NCBI GenBank assembly: GCA_048128005.1
Contig: JBEUKZ010000131.1
Location: 372,001 to 436,000 of the forward strand
DNA: 64,000 nucleotides
Source of the DNA: Veleropilina oligotropha
Taxonomy: Eukaryota
Reading direction: 5' to 3'
Part shown: positions 13,770-27,184 of the stretch, piece by piece
Layout of the letters: each line of letters begins with the position of its first letter
Position numbering within the stretch: position 1 is the stretch's first letter
The notes under the pieces: model-generated
The model's input: the letters and a program-made list of their open reading frames with translations, nothing else
Told to the model about the DNA's origin: nothing
Database searches by the model: none
Position numbers and translations under genes: made by a program

Positions 13770-13936
13770 ACAGGAATGAGTTCGAACTCCCAGCTGGGCA
13801 CTTCAGTTGGTTCATTAACTGTCACCGTTAGCTGATGTAGGCGTGTTTTCCCTGGAATTCAGGTTTTCATCCAGGAATAATATGAACATGTCCTGATATA
13901 TATGGCCCTGAAGCATGTTGAAATGGGATATTAAGT
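13770..13936 (+). mobile_element. Partial SINE copy
   Basis: GTTCGAACTCC B-box, TTTTCCCTGG..CAGGTTTTC core, AACATGTCCTGA...ATTAAG tail. Confidence 0.5.
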
Positions 13937-14114
13937 ATTGATCGAAACCAAACATTAATGTTCAATGATCATGTTTTTGAATAATTATATCTAAATCATT
14001 ATATGCATGCCACGTGGACTAGCCTCTTCTCTCCTGATCGCTCTAGGTCAGACATGTATTATGGCAGCAACAAGATGATCAAACTAAGCATTGCCATGGT
14101 TTTCTTTATTCCAG

Positions 14115-14417
14115 CCCCTCCTCGATCCCCAGCCGGCATCCGAGTCTCAGACATCGGAAAGGATTCCATCACTATCGAATGGCAGCCGCCAAAAGATGAT
14201 GGCGGAAGTAAGGTTACTGGATACCATATTCTCCAGCGCGAAAACAAGAGTTCCGAATGGAAGAAAGTGAGCGTCGTCAAGCCGTTCGATAGCAGCTTCA
14301 CCTTAAAAAACCTGGATGAGAAGAAGGATTACTACTTCCGTGTCGTCGCCGAGAACAAACTCGGCCTTGGAGCGCCGTGTGAGACCGAATCACCAGTATC
14401 GCCAAAGAAACCACTCT
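14115..14417 (+). CDS. FN3 exon (unit 1, C)
   Basis: ccAG/ ... /GTaagt; 303 nt. Confidence 0.93.
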
Positions 14418-14753
14418 GTAAGTCATGAAATAATGCTTGGTCACTCTGCTCGAGTTGTTATTGGACTGAACCATATGGGATTATTGCATAATTTATTACC
14501 TGAGTTGTGTACTGGAATTAAATTGACAAAAGAGATTTGGATAAACATGATGGCCGTCTGCTATGTATAATTTAAATTTTTGTCTCTCATTCATAAAATC
14601 ATCCACTCAAAATTCAAGAAAATGATATTGTGCTTTAATCTGACATAGTTGAAACATGCTATATGGATAAGGTTCTCTGATTGCAATATAGTTGCTGATG
14701 ATGTTTTGGTATTAACATAATAATGATAATAATTCATGTTATTATTATTTTAG

Positions 14754-15056
14754 CAAAACCATCATCCCCGGAAGGACCTATCGAATTCTCCGATATACAA
14801 AAGACCAGTTTGACGATGGCGTGGAAATCATGCAAGCAAGATGGCGGATCTCCAGTCATAAGTTACATCTTAGAGAAGAGGGAGACCTGGAAGTCTAACT
14901 GGATGCCCGTCACGACGACGAAGCCTGACATCACCAGCTACTGTATCCAGAACCTGAAGGAGAGTCAGCAGATGTTCTTCCGAGTCACGGCCGTAAATCT
15001 GGTCGGAACGTCCGAACCACTGGAGTCTGACGGCATCACTCCCAAGAGTCCATATA
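14754..15056 (+). CDS. FN3 exon (unit 1, D; EKRETWKSNW...PKSPY)
   Basis: tttAG/ ... /GTatgt; 303 nt. Confidence 0.93.
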
Positions 15057-15343
15057 GTATGTATATCATTTGTTTTATTATATTAATTAATGTTTTCTTT
15101 TTAATAAAGTCAAGAGATCTTTTTCATTGCAAACCATTTCCTTATGACCATAGAGATTAAAATGATTCGTTATAAAAGACGAAAATCAAAACAAGTCATC
15201 TTCATTGCCAACATGGCATATGCTTCATAATATGAATTTAGCTGAAGAATATTTTTCAAAGTATCATGAGTTTCACTGTTAGTGTATCATTTGTTTAATA
15301 GATTGCATACCACAGAATTACTGAGTGATCATTTTACTTTCAG

Positions 15344-15649
15344 GCGTTCCGTCAGCCCCGGTGGGCCCTATTGAGACCATGGACATCACAGCTACCAGCA
15401 TCACCATCAAATGGAAGGCCCCTAAATCAGATGGTGGACTTCCACTGTCGGCATATTTCATAGAGAGACGCGATCGCAAGAGGATGTCCTGGTTGAAGGT
15501 GGACACTGTTACTCCGGACATCACCTCATACTGTGTCCAGAATCTGACCGAGGGTACGGACTACTACTTCAAAGTGACAGCTGAGAACCCAGAGGGTCTG
15601 GGTCCGCCATTAGAATCTGATCAAGCAGCAACTCCAAGGAGGCCACCAG
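15344..15649 (+). CDS. FN3 exon (unit 1, E; DGGLPL)
   Basis: ttcAG/ ... /GTaacg; 306 nt. Confidence 0.93.
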
Positions 15650-16077
15650 GTAACGGATTTGATTGTAGATAATGGTGAAATTCAAATTTCAAAATGCAAA
15701 AATTAAATATATGATGTGCAAAACATATGTGAGATGTGTAATCAATATATAGCAATAAACATTCCACTATCATAATGGTATTTTTGCCAGAAACTTTGTG
15801 ACTTAAATATCATTGAGGGAAATGAAACGCAGTAATGCATAAAACAAAGGTCAGTACATTCATTTAAATGTGAATTTTTCATACACACATTATATGACTA
15901 GTGAAGGACCAAATTTCAATTCGTTTTTTTGCCAGTAGACTGAATACCTTTTCCCATTCTCGTTAAAAGTATTCCTGTTATATACTCAAATCCCGAAACC
16001 TGTCTATGCAATGATAATTTTACTTCATCGAATGTTCAAACTGCTAGATTCAGCTGGTGTATGTTTTTTCCTTTTAG

Positions 16078-16377
16078 AAGTGCCATCGGAGCCCCGTGGA
16101 CCTATCAAGGTCACCGACCTTCTGGCCAAGTCCCTGGTCCTTCATTGGCTTCCGTCAGATGATGACGGTGGTTTGGAGCTTGTCAATTACATCATCGAGG
16201 TGCAGTCGGATGACCAGAAGTGGATGAAAGTGGGCAAAGTGGCTGGACACGCCAACAAATACAAAGCCACTGACCTGCTAGAGGGAAAGAAATACATCTT
16301 CCGTATATCAGCTGTGAACAAGATCGGTTCCAGCAAACCATTGCTGTCAGAGACACTTATCCCACATCGACCTCTGG
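16078..16377 (+). CDS. FN3 exon (unit 1, F; LLAKSL)
   Basis: tttAG/ ... /GTatgg; 300 nt. Confidence 0.93.
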
Positions 16378-16821
16378 GTATGGCTTTATTATTGATTATT
16401 TCATTTCTTGTATCTAGATATTGTATTTAGTCCGTGTTCATGTACACACTGTTTTTACTCACAAGTTCAGTTGAAGATGTTCATCATGAAAATAATCATA
16501 TCTTATTTAGAATAGACAATCAGTGGAGTACATTAAAACTTGCTGCTGAGTTCGACCAATTATATTTTATACACGTAGTTGAATATTTCATTCAAGGCAC
16601 TTGTCAAAGTAGTGTGGATAATTCTCACTTCATCATCGACTTTTCTCTTTACTATCTGTTAATTTATGCAATGTAACAAATGTAATTTAATCAACCTGCC
16701 TGAATTGTAAATTCTTTGTTTTTCCATTTGAAATTTTTAAGATATCTTTACTTAAAAGTATTTACCATGATGAACATAGAGTACTTCAAACCTTGAACTG
16801 TTTCCTGATGTTATGCTTCAG

Positions 16822-17127
16822 AGATTCCAAGCAAGCCGCAGGGCCCCATTGAAGCCTCGAACATCATGCATACGTCCATGACCATCCAATGGAGCTCACC
16901 ACACAGTGACGGTGGCACGCCACTGACGGCGTACATCATCGAGAAGCGTGACACTAAGAGGAACACCTGGGCCAAAGTTGACAAGGTGGCACCAGGCATC
17001 ACATCATACTCGGTGCAAAACCTGGTGGAGGGCGTCGACTACTACTTCAGAATCACGGCAGAGAACAGCCAAGGCTTGAGCAAGCATCTGGACTCTGACC
17101 GACCCTTCAAACCCAGGAGTCCCTATG
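16822..17127 (+). CDS. FN3 exon (unit 1, A; PRSPY)
   Basis: ttcAG/ ... /GTagga; 306 nt. Confidence 0.93.
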
Positions 17128-17470
17128 GTAGGAATTGGAATGATTAGCAAACTAGGAACTATATATATTCACTGTCAGATGTTGGAATTGTATGTTATCG
17201 TCACAATTGAAGACACATTTTGTGTAAGTAACATTGTATGCAAGTAATAAACCAGTTGTCAGATGTATGAATTGCATTATATCTTAACATAGTGTTTGTT
17301 ACGATCCTCTGTGACCATAAAAGTTGTTCATGTTCATGGTCAAGTGAGCCTGTTTTTAGATTTTAAACTTTGTGTTATGTTGGGATTTGTAAGTATCATT
17401 ATTATTTGTTGCCTATAAGTTAATATCTAATGACATATAGTAGTAGTTCATTCATTTTCCTTGTTTCCAG

Positions 17471-17776
17471 ACCCCCCTTCTGCTCCCGTTGGTCCACTGA
17501 AGGTGTCAGAGGTCACCGAGGAGACCGCGGATCTGGAATGGCGAGCTCCCGAGCGAGACGGAGGCAGCCCCTTGACGGGCTACATCGTGGAATACCATGA
17601 TGTACGACGCAGCACATGGACTCGAGTTTCTGAGGTTAGACCCACCCAGACCAGCCTCACAGTAGAAGGACTGTCAGTCGGAAGTGAATACATGTTCCGC
17701 GTGGTCGCGGTGAATGTTGAAGGGCAAAGTCCACCACTGATATCTATTGACACCGCAAAGCCGAAGAAAAAATTAG
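17471..17776 (+). CDS. FN3 exon (unit 2, B)
   Basis: ccAG/ ... /GTtggt; 306 nt. Confidence 0.92.
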
Positions 17777-18014
17777 GTTGGTGCTGTCTGAAAATCGCTG
17801 ACTTAGCCATAAAGTTTTAATAGCAGTATAAAATTATCAATCTGAGAATCTGGAATTGACTGTAAATATTAACAGAATTGATAAACTTATGTTCACATTG
17901 TGTGCAAATATTAGCCAATGAAATGCATTTGAATTTCAACAATGATCAAACTGTGCTATTAAAATTATAATTCCATTCATTTATTACCCATTTTATGGGA
18001 ATGATATGCTAATT

Positions 18015-18080
18015 AATTATTATTATTATTATTATTTAATACATTTATAATGCGCCTATTCTAGTGTAGCTCTAAGCGCA
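18015..18080 (-). repeat. (ATT)n plus TTTATAATGCGCCTATTCTAGTG..GCTCTA; retroposon 3'-end-like repeat, second copy near 25317-25385
   Basis: The same ~40-nt motif sits next to an ATT microsatellite in two separate introns. Confidence 0.5.
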
Positions 18081-18360
18081 GTACAAACTATAACTAATAT
18101 TACAGTACAATGTACACAAGAATATACAGAAGAGACATCAATGATACATACTATGAATGCAATAAGCAATAATAATAAACAGAATATTTTTTTGTTGAGT
18201 ATTTTCAATCTGTGTAATCATCTGTGCAACATTATTATATCAAATATTTTTGGTAGTTTTTGTGATGCGATATAGATTGTACAATACATTACATTTTTGT
18301 ATATAACATCTTATGCATAACTCATTATCCATTATGAAGCCATTCTCTTCTTGTTTTCAG

Positions 18361-18663
18361 AGCCGCCTGGCCCACCATCGTTTGTCAGAGTCAAAGACGT
18401 TGGCAAATCTGATGTCACCATCGAGTGGGGACCTCCTCCGAAGGATGGAGGCTCTAAGGTGAAGAGCTACCACATCTTCAAAGGTGTAGGTAAACCCATA
18501 AAATGGACTAAAGAGATCAAAGCGAAAGCGTTTGAGACTCACTTCACAGTTTCGTCTCTTAAAGAAGGCACGGACTACTACTTCGGAGTGGCAGCTGAGA
18601 ACGATATTGGCACTGGCCCCCAGACAGAGACCGATGCTGCGGTGTCGCCAAAGAAACCAATAG
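18361..18663 (+). CDS. FN3 exon (unit 2, C)
   Basis: ttcAG/ ... /GTaaat; 303 nt. Confidence 0.93.
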
Positions 18664-19075
18664 GTAAATAGATACGCGTGGACAGTTTTTACGACATAGA
18701 TTTCAATAGAGTTTGTTTCATCATTGTCTTTTCATGTAAGCATTTTGAATGTCTGATTCACATCAGCTGGTATCCCTCTCAAAAACAATATTGTGAGGTT
18801 AAGTCCTCTCTGTCTATTCTCATATCATAAGAGCAAATATCTCAATTCACACGTCAATTTGTAGATTTTCTTTGAACTAAGCTTGCTCTTTCAAGAAGCT
18901 GTTATAGACTCCATGCTTGAACTGAATATTCTAAATATGATCTAACGATTTTCTTGTATGTGTTTGTTATGATGGTTTTAGATTTAAAATTGATGCTTCG
19001 TTTTATCATTCTCAGTATTATGAACCATTTAACATTTCATTATTTTTTAATGATGTTGCTTGTTCTCTTTTACAG

Positions 19076-19381
19076 AGAGGCCATCTGCACCAGAAGGACC
19101 GCTGAAAGTCTCCAATATCAACAGGGAGAGTGTTACTCTGTTTTGGCATGCAAGCAAGAAAGATGGTGGGTCTCCCATCAGCGCCTACGTGATCGAGAAA
19201 CGGGAGAACTGGAAGACAACCTGGGCCCCCGTTGGACGCGTCGAGCCAACCAAACTCACGCTGACCACCACCAATCTGAAGGAGGGACAGGGATACTACT
19301 TTCGCGTGTTCGCCGAGAATGTGGTGGGACCTTCAGACTCCATCGAGACTGATACACTGATCACACCAAAAAGTCCTTATG
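19076..19381 (+). CDS. FN3 exon (unit 2, D; EKRENWKTTW...PKSPY)
   Basis: tacAG/ ... /GTacga; 306 nt. Confidence 0.93.
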
Positions 19382-19669
19382 GTACGAATATTAAGAAGAA
19401 AACATGGTTTCTTTTGAAGATAGAAAAGATAAATACAGGATTCAAAGAGCAGGATTTATATCATATTTAAACGATGCCAATTGAAGAGAAAAATCTATAA
19501 ATAATGGCCCCTCACTGTATCAGAAATGTTTCCCTGTCACTATTTGGCATTCATTCGAATTTTTATTTCATATATTTAATGTAATTTTTGACTTAGGGTA
19601 TATCTATTTTTCAATTCTCTATGCGGAAAATAGATCCATGTAACATCGTAATATCGTTTCCACTTGCAG

Positions 19670-19975
19670 ATGTGCCGTCGGCCCCTGAGGGTCCTCTGGA
19701 AGCAACAGATGTCACTGCTGATTCTGCCGTTCTCAAATGGCGCCCGCCATTGAAAATGGGAGGACTGGATCTCACAGGATACGTCATCGAACGGCGAGAC
19801 AAGAAGTGGTCCTCCTGGGCTCCGGTAGAGACGGTCAAGCCAGACATAACCAGCTACACTGTGCAGAACCTCACTACCAACAACGAGTACTTCTTCCGCG
19901 TGCTTGCCCAAAACCCAGAAGGCTTAAGTCCACCGCTGGAATCAAAACACCCAGTAATTCCACGGAAAGCACCAG
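19670..19975 (+). CDS. FN3 exon (unit 2, E)
   Basis: tgcAG/ ... /GTaaat; 306 nt. Confidence 0.93.
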
Positions 19976-20141
19976 GTAAATAAGGAGAGCATTAAACAAG
20001 AACGACGCGTCCGGAATATCTCTTGACCTTTGTCTGTTAGTGCTGCCAGTTTAACAGTTATATATTATATTAGTTGACATTATTTAAAAATTATTACGCA
20101 TCTAACAATATTTTTATTTTAATGGCCTAATGTATATACAT

Positions 20142-20283
20142 ACAGTTATGGACTTTTGCGGTGGTGAATATGATGTGATATGAACCTGAAAAACTTATAT
20201 TGACCGAGGCGGTAACCGAGGTCAATTTAAGTTTTTTAGGTTCATATCACATCATATTTACCACCGCAAAAGTCCATAACTGT
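20142..20283. repeat. Long near-perfect hairpin (~60-bp arms), likely the end of a non-autonomous DNA element
   Basis: ACAGTTATGGACTTTTGCGGTGGT...TTGACC-GAGGCGGTAACCGA-GGTCAA...ACCACCGCAAAAGTCCATAACTGT. Confidence 0.85.
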
Positions 20284-21509
20284 TTTATTATATACTTCAA
20301 CTGCAAATATATCTGTTCTCTAAATCTAATTGTCAATTAAAATTTTCATTATGTCAACAAGAAATATACCACACTAAACTATAGTTTGCAAAGTTCAAAA
20401 TGTGATTTTCCAAAACAATTGGCAATTATTTAACAATACAATAGTAATGAACGGCATATTAACATAAAAATAAACAATATATCGCAGTATGTCAATGTGT
20501 TTAATCATCAGAAAATGAAGCAAAAAGAACCGGCGTTTCAATTGTGTCAACAATTGTGGTCGTCTGCATAGGTCTAATACAATTCATATTAATAGAATAT
20601 GTTGTTCATTAATCAATGTAAGTCTAATCATGTCAAATTCTACCAAAATATTTGCCAAAAACGAATAAATATGACTTTTGCTTGATGCGGTGTATATCTA
20701 AAGGTTTATAAAAACCGCAGTTGGACGACGTATTATTTAAGACGTTTAAGAGTAAATTGAGCCATATATGTTGTATTTTCTTACAGCTATATTATTAAAT
20801 GCACCTCACACTTCGTACTAAATGTGTTTTAACCATTAATAACCATTATTTCCCAAAATGGTTATCTTAGGAAACTACCATAAAGTGCATGTATAATACG
20901 ATTCAATATCGGTGCCCGAAATGCGGATTTTTTCATAAAAAACATTTCTAGCTCTGGAATGTATGCAAATAATTTTTGCAATATATTTACAAATAATCTT
21001 GTAACAAGTTGCCTTAAAACATTACCAATAGTTACTACTGTATTGAGTTGATGTCAATATAATTGCTCGTTTATTTTAAGTGTAATTTGCGTTTTTCAGT
21101 AGGTGCCTCAACTGCGGTATTTTATCACAAGGAGCCTCAAATGCGGAATAAAGTGTTATACACTAGTATATATATGCACACGGACCATTTGATAATGTCT
21201 TGTCCTCTTTACCAAAAAGCCAAGACATAAAAAGGAAAACATCATGCTTGTTGTAGTTCCCAATCTTAAAAGCTGGAAGTTTTCAGTAATGAATAGCCTA
21301 TTGTAATAAATGAATGAAGTAACAGGTAACTCATTAGAGTATAAGCAATATCTTTTCAGAGGGATAAGAATTAATATGGAAAAATCTATGAGTCGACTAG
21401 TCATAATCATTTACATAAATCCCATGATTGAATAATTAGATACATAATTTTTATTTGGTTGTTCGAAGTAGAACTTTATCTAATTGTCTGTTGATTTATG
21501 TGTGTTTAG

Positions 21510-21809
21510 AACCACCATCGCCACCAATTGGACCAATAAGATTCCATAAATTGTTGGCGAAGAGTTTGGAATTCGATTGGCAATCACCTAAAGAAGATGG
21601 CGGCAGCCCAATCAAGTCCTACCGCCTTGAATATAATGAAGGCGATAAAAAGTGGGAGAAGCTAGCTTCTGTAAAAGCCACTGTCACGAAGTACAAGGCG
21701 GATGATTTGACTACAGGAAAACACTACAAATTCAGAGTATATGCCATCAATGAAATCGGTTCCAGTAAACCTCTCGATTCTGACGCCGTCATACCAACAA
21801 GACCAGCAG
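21510..21809 (+). CDS. FN3 exon (unit 2, F; LLAKSL)
   Basis: tttAG/ ... /GTatgc; 300 nt. Confidence 0.93.
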
Positions 21810-22061
21810 GTATGCCTATTATGGCAAATAAAGGTATTCATATGCTAACTATTTATGCTGTACGTTTCTTCAACCTGTTTGTCAAGGAATTAATTGCAGG
21901 TTCTCCTTTGCCTATTGGGTAACATTGATTATTTGCATCTCTCCTACCTCATGCCATCCTCAAAAGCTGGTTATCTGTTAATTTTCACATCATGTATGCT
22001 TTACACAATTAGTATCGATTATTGGAATATTGATCTTATCATTTCCACTATTTGTTTACAG

Positions 22062-22367
22062 GACCTCCATCCAGACCAGTTGGACCCCTGAAGGTTTACG
22101 ATATTGAGCGTACGTCTGCCACCATTGAGTGGAGTTCCCCAGAAGACGACGGTGGTGCCCCCTTGACGGGTTACATCATCGAGAGACGAGATGCCGGAAG
22201 AACATTCTGGACAAAAGTGGAAAAAATAGGGCCTTCAAAAACTTTCCTGAACATCACCAAGCTTATGGAAGGAGTGGATCTCCATTTCCGTGTGATGGCT
22301 GAAAATAAGGTCGGAGTTAGTCCGTCACTTGAAACAGAGAAACCAGCTCTCATCAAAAGTCCATTTG
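22062..22367 (+). CDS. FN3 exon (unit 2, A; IKSPF)
   Basis: tacAG/ ... /GTatgt; 306 nt. Confidence 0.93.
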
Positions 22368-22844
22368 GTATGTATCTCTTTAAAAATGGAAGGATTAATT
22401 TGGTTCTGAAATGTCATTAAGATTTTGATGCAGACTTAAATCTTCAGGCAAATGTGTCAATATGTAACGTTTTTATCAATGGCAAAATGGGAACTTCATG
22501 GGTTGTCTTGTACATAATTATGCTTAAAGTTTTATAGGTGCTGACGACTCATTCTATCTTTGAAATAAATGAATGTATATTATAAGTTGAAAAAATGTTG
22601 TATTAAAGTGATCATAAAAAAACAATGACTCAATTATTGTAAATACCGCATTCATATTATAGCTGATAGACGTTTTAAATTGTATCAGACTGGGAAGGTC
22701 CAACGTTCATTCATGGTGAATGCTATAAGTAAAATATTTGGTAGAAATAAAAAATGATCGCCAAGATCTCAACCATTTTATGATCATTGATAATATAAGC
22801 ATATAATATTGTTATCATCTTGAATATGATTTGTGTCATTACAG

Positions 22845-23150
22845 ATAAGCCGAGCGCTCCTGTGGGCCCTCTCTTAGTCAGCAACGTCACGCAGGTCTCC
22901 GCCGACCTGGAATGGAAGCCTCCCGAGAGTGATGGTGGCACGCCACTCAAGTACTACGTCATCGAGATCCGTGAGGCTCGCCGCAACACCTGGGGCAGGG
23001 TGGCCGACGTGAAACCCACGCACACAAAGTTCACGGTTCCTAGCCTGGTCGTAGATAATGAGTACATGTTCCAAGTCATCGCCGTCAATGCAGAGGGTCA
23101 GAGCCCACCCCTGACCTGCGTGGACCCCGCGACCCCTCACAAAGAAGTCT
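22845..23150 (+). CDS. FN3 exon (unit 3, B)
   Basis: tacAG/ ... /GTgagt; 306 nt. Confidence 0.93.
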
Positions 23151-23473
23151 GTGAGTAGCATATAACACTACGATCATTTATTTAATGATGTAATGTTCAT
23201 TCCCATATGGATATGAACCTTTGTGTTTCATCAAGATTTCAATACCTAAGGCCACTTGGTTTTCTTTGGGTATTAGCTCAACAGTTGTGCAGTTCGTTCA
23301 AATTGCAGAATCCACTAACACAAAAAACAGTTAGTTTCAAAGCATTATATGAACTAAATTTCTCAATGTATTATTTTTGCATTTTATTCATCTCTACTAC
23401 ATTTATTAACATGAAGATATTATTCATGAGGATAAAACAATATGTGTATATCTTCCCATTTTTTTTCATTCAG

Positions 23474-23776
23474 CTGCACCTAAGCCCCCCTCATCTCTGC
23501 GTGTATCCAATGTTGGCAACGATAACGTGTCTCTGGAATGGTCCCCGCCATCGGATGATGGTGGCGCCAGGATCAAAGAATATCACGTTGAGTACTGCCT
23601 GGAGGGCATGGATAAATGGACGCGCTGTGATTCCATCAGCCACTATTCCACCCATTACACTGTCAAGAAACTGCAGGAGGAGAAGAGCTACCACTTTGGC
23701 ATCCTGGCGGAGAACTCAGCTGGCGTCAGCGGTCGACGGGAGACGGACAGGGAGGTGAAAACCAAGAAGCAGCTGA
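23474..23776 (+). CDS. FN3 exon (unit 3, C)
   Basis: ttcAG/ ... /GTaagt; 303 nt. Confidence 0.93.
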
Positions 23777-24068
23777 GTAAGTTCTAGATAAATATTATCA
23801 AATAATTATATCTTGATTTGTTGTCAGGGAAAAGATCTGTGAAATTTTTCAAGGATACTTCAAGCGATGTATATAATGTGAATAATTAGAAAATGCCATT
23901 TTATGCATCAATACTTTGAAAATCTTGTACTAAATATGTTATGACACTTTTAACATTATATTACATCTGTCGTATGTCAAGATAATTTAGTTCTTTATTA
24001 TTAAAGTTTTATGTTTGATAATCAGACTGATGATAAAATTAATGCTACTGAACGTTATTTGCTTACAG

Positions 24069-24374
24069 ACCGCCCCTCTGCGCCCATTGGCCCAATTGTG
24101 GTGTCCGATGTTCAACGCAAGTCTGCTAAGATCACCTGGAAGCCCAGCCTCTATGATGGCGGTTCTCCGATTTCCGGATATGTTGTGGAAAAGCGTGAGT
24201 CCTGGAGATCCACGTACGCCACAGTGGAAACTGTGTCGCCTACCACCACCAGCTATTTGTTACCGAATCTGCAGGAGAACCAAGAAATCTTCGTCCAAGT
24301 CTTGGCTGAAAACGTCGTCGGACTATCACCTCCCCTGATCCTTGACAAAGGCATTATACCATCAAGCCCATACA
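24069..24374 (+). CDS. FN3 exon (unit 3, D; EKRESWRSTY...PSSPY)
   Basis: tacAG/ ... /GTaagt; 306 nt. Confidence 0.93.
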
Positions 24375-24733
24375 GTAAGTGAAAAAGAAAAGGCGAAAGA
24401 AAGGTTTATTTTATGTCCCATTACTTCACTGCTAGATAATCATTAAATTAAATTTATTAGGTCTTGTCATGTTAATCATGTTCGATTTCCTATGAGTAAA
24501 TATTTTTGTGCCAGTTATCGATGTTAACATAACAATTTTGACAATGTCATTCAACACCTATCACCAATCCTGGCTTCAGCCACTTCTTGCATAGTCTTTT
24601 CGATCATTGTTTGTAGATTATATGCCCGAGTCAATATATATCTTGATTAATTTTTTAATGTAATTGAGTATTTTTATCTACCTGTGTCACTTGCTGTCAG
24701 AGATCATGACACCACTATCTCTGATGTGTAATT

Positions 24734-24813
24734 TACACATACAGTTGAAAGTGTACACATCATTAAGTTGCACTACACATACAGTTGAAAGTGTACACAT
24801 CATTAAGTTGCAC
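24734..24813. repeat. 40-bp tandem duplication
   Basis: TACACATACAGTTGAAAGTGTACACATCATTAAGTTGCAC x2. Confidence 0.85.
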
Positions 24814-24938
24814 TTGCAACATATTTTCATTAACCTAATTACAGAATATATTGTTTACCTGATTAAGGAACCAAGTTTGTCATCATTCATAATATATTGG
24901 AAACTATGACTGTATTTGATGCTTGATTCTGTTTTCAG

Positions 24939-25241
24939 AAGTCCCGTCGGAGCCTGAGTCCATATCTCTCCAGGATGTCACCTCCAACAGCGCCATGATT
25001 CAATGGAAGGCGCCTCTTCAGGATGGCGGACTGCCGCTGACAGGGTACCTCCTGGAGCGCCGCGACAAACGCCGGTCACTCTGGATGAAGGTGACCGCAA
25101 CGAAACCAAGCATCACCACCTTTGACATAGACAACTTAACGGAGGGCAGCGAATATTGCTTCCGCATCTCAGCACAAAACGAGGAGGGCACAGGCCCCTT
25201 CAAGGAGCTAGACCAAACTGTCATTCCCGTCAGAGAAGCAT
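24939..25241 (+). CDS. FN3 exon (unit 3, E; DGGLPL)
   Basis: ttcAG/ ... /GTaagt; 303 nt. Confidence 0.93.
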
Positions 25242-25715
25242 GTAAGTAGAAATGTTCTGCTGGTTTATGTAGCGTTACATTTAATCCAGATTCGACATTT
25301 TGCTAGCAACGTGTCTATTATTATTAATATTAGTATTATTTAGTACGTTTATAATGCACCTATTCTAGTGTTGCTCTATGCTCTAATGGGAGGGATGACT
25401 GTAAAAAAAATATGATTTGTTTTTATATAAGTCAGTTGAGTTTTACGACCACATTGTAGCAATTTAAAGCTATATCTGTAGTTGAGACCCTATCCGATAT
25501 TGTATACGAAGTAAATGTGAGATTTCCCCAGGAATTGAACTCAATGCTGACAGCAAAATTGAAAAAGTTTGTAACAGTGGTCCCACGATCATGGTGCATT
25601 TTCTGGGACAAAATGTTTCATGCAATTCCGTTTAAGGCCTAATAGAAGCTTGTTCCGGACATTATTATTGACCAATCAGTATACTAGCCTATATGTTCTT
25701 CATTTTGCGATTCAG

Positions 25716-26018
25716 CTGCTCCTGATCGCTGCATTGGTCCTGTGAAATTCACTGAACCAACATCCTCTAGTGTGACGTTTGATTGGTTGGCTCCAAAGGA
25801 CAACGGAGGATCCAAGATAACCTCGTACAACATACAGAAGTCTCTTGATGGCCTGCAGTGGAAGAATATGACCACTACCGAGAGCAATATTACCAGATGT
25901 GTGGCCAAAGACTTGACCATTGGCCAGTCCTATTTCTTCCGTATTTTTGCCGTAAATAAAATCGCTGTTGGAAGACGCTCCTTGGATTCTGATGGTTACA
26001 CGCCGAGGAAACCTCTTG
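25716..26018 (+). CDS. FN3 exon (unit 3, F)
   Basis: ttcAG/ ... /GTaagc; 303 nt. Confidence 0.92.
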
Positions 26019-26487
26019 GTAAGCTTATAAATCGAATTTTAAGCACCATTCATTAAAATAAAATATGCATGTTAGTTGCCATGTTTCATTCAGTGCTTAA
26101 TTATTGTTTGTCCATGAGTTGGGGAACAATATAATATTATGATAAACACAGGGAGTGTTTCGATACATTGATGTCAACCTACTAACAGCGAGTCACTCAG
26201 ATATTGTAAACCATTGATAAAAATAATTTGGTGCACCAATTTACGTCATCAACTTGCTGAAAGATTTGGTTGATCACCGGTACCTCGACTGGGGGCTGTT
26301 CGACTGATAATTATTAATTTTGATTAGAAAAATAATCTCATATTGGTCTTATCCCATATATGCCTTATACAGAGGTCAGAAGTGTAATATTAATGAAAAG
26401 TTGGTAACAGTGGTTGTAAAACAAATGATATTTTTTGGTTATGATGCCAAATTAAATCTGCGATTTATCATTGGTGTTTCCTTTTAG

Positions 26488-26790
26488 GTCCCCCAAGCCG
26501 TCCCGTTGGTCCGCTCAAGGCCGTTGATGTCACGCGTAACTCTGTCATGTTGGAGTGGGAACCACCCAAGGATGATGGTGGCTCGCCCGTGACGGCCTAC
26601 ATCATTGAGAAGCGCGATGCCATGAGGACACTCTGGAGCTGGGTGGACAAGTCGGACCGCTCCACAAGGTACACGGTGCACAGCCTCACAGAGGGAAGCG
26701 AGTTCTACTTCCGCGTGTTTGCGTCGAATAAGATCGGAACCAGTGAAGCCTTGGAGATCGATAAACCCATTCAGATTCGCAGTCCATATG
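26488..26790 (+). CDS. FN3 exon (unit 3, A; IRSPY)
   Basis: tttAG/ ... /GTgagt; 303 nt. Confidence 0.93.
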
Positions 26791-27184
26791 GTGAGTAATG
26801 TGCAGATACTTAATTGTAAGGAAATGAAAAATTTAAGTTAACCCACAGAAAATGTCATTTAGGCAAATGTTTAGTGATCTCTTGGATTGAAACCATCTCA
26901 ATGCCAAATATATATTATCTCATAAGTCTCCAGCATCAATAATATGACCATGGTCCAGCAGAAATGGTGTAGTGGCCTCTATGCATGTAGTTTGAACAGA
27001 GTACTTCAATGTGTTTCCTGAAAGACCAAGATGCTCTTTGCTAGGACAGATTTGGGATGAAGCCATGGATGTTCATTCCAATTCTAGGGCTTAGGAGTCT
27101 CATAGAATCTACCATAGAGAATCTTATTTTATTTTCACGTGAAAATATCACGTCGATAAAATTTGGTGAATTTTATTTAGAACA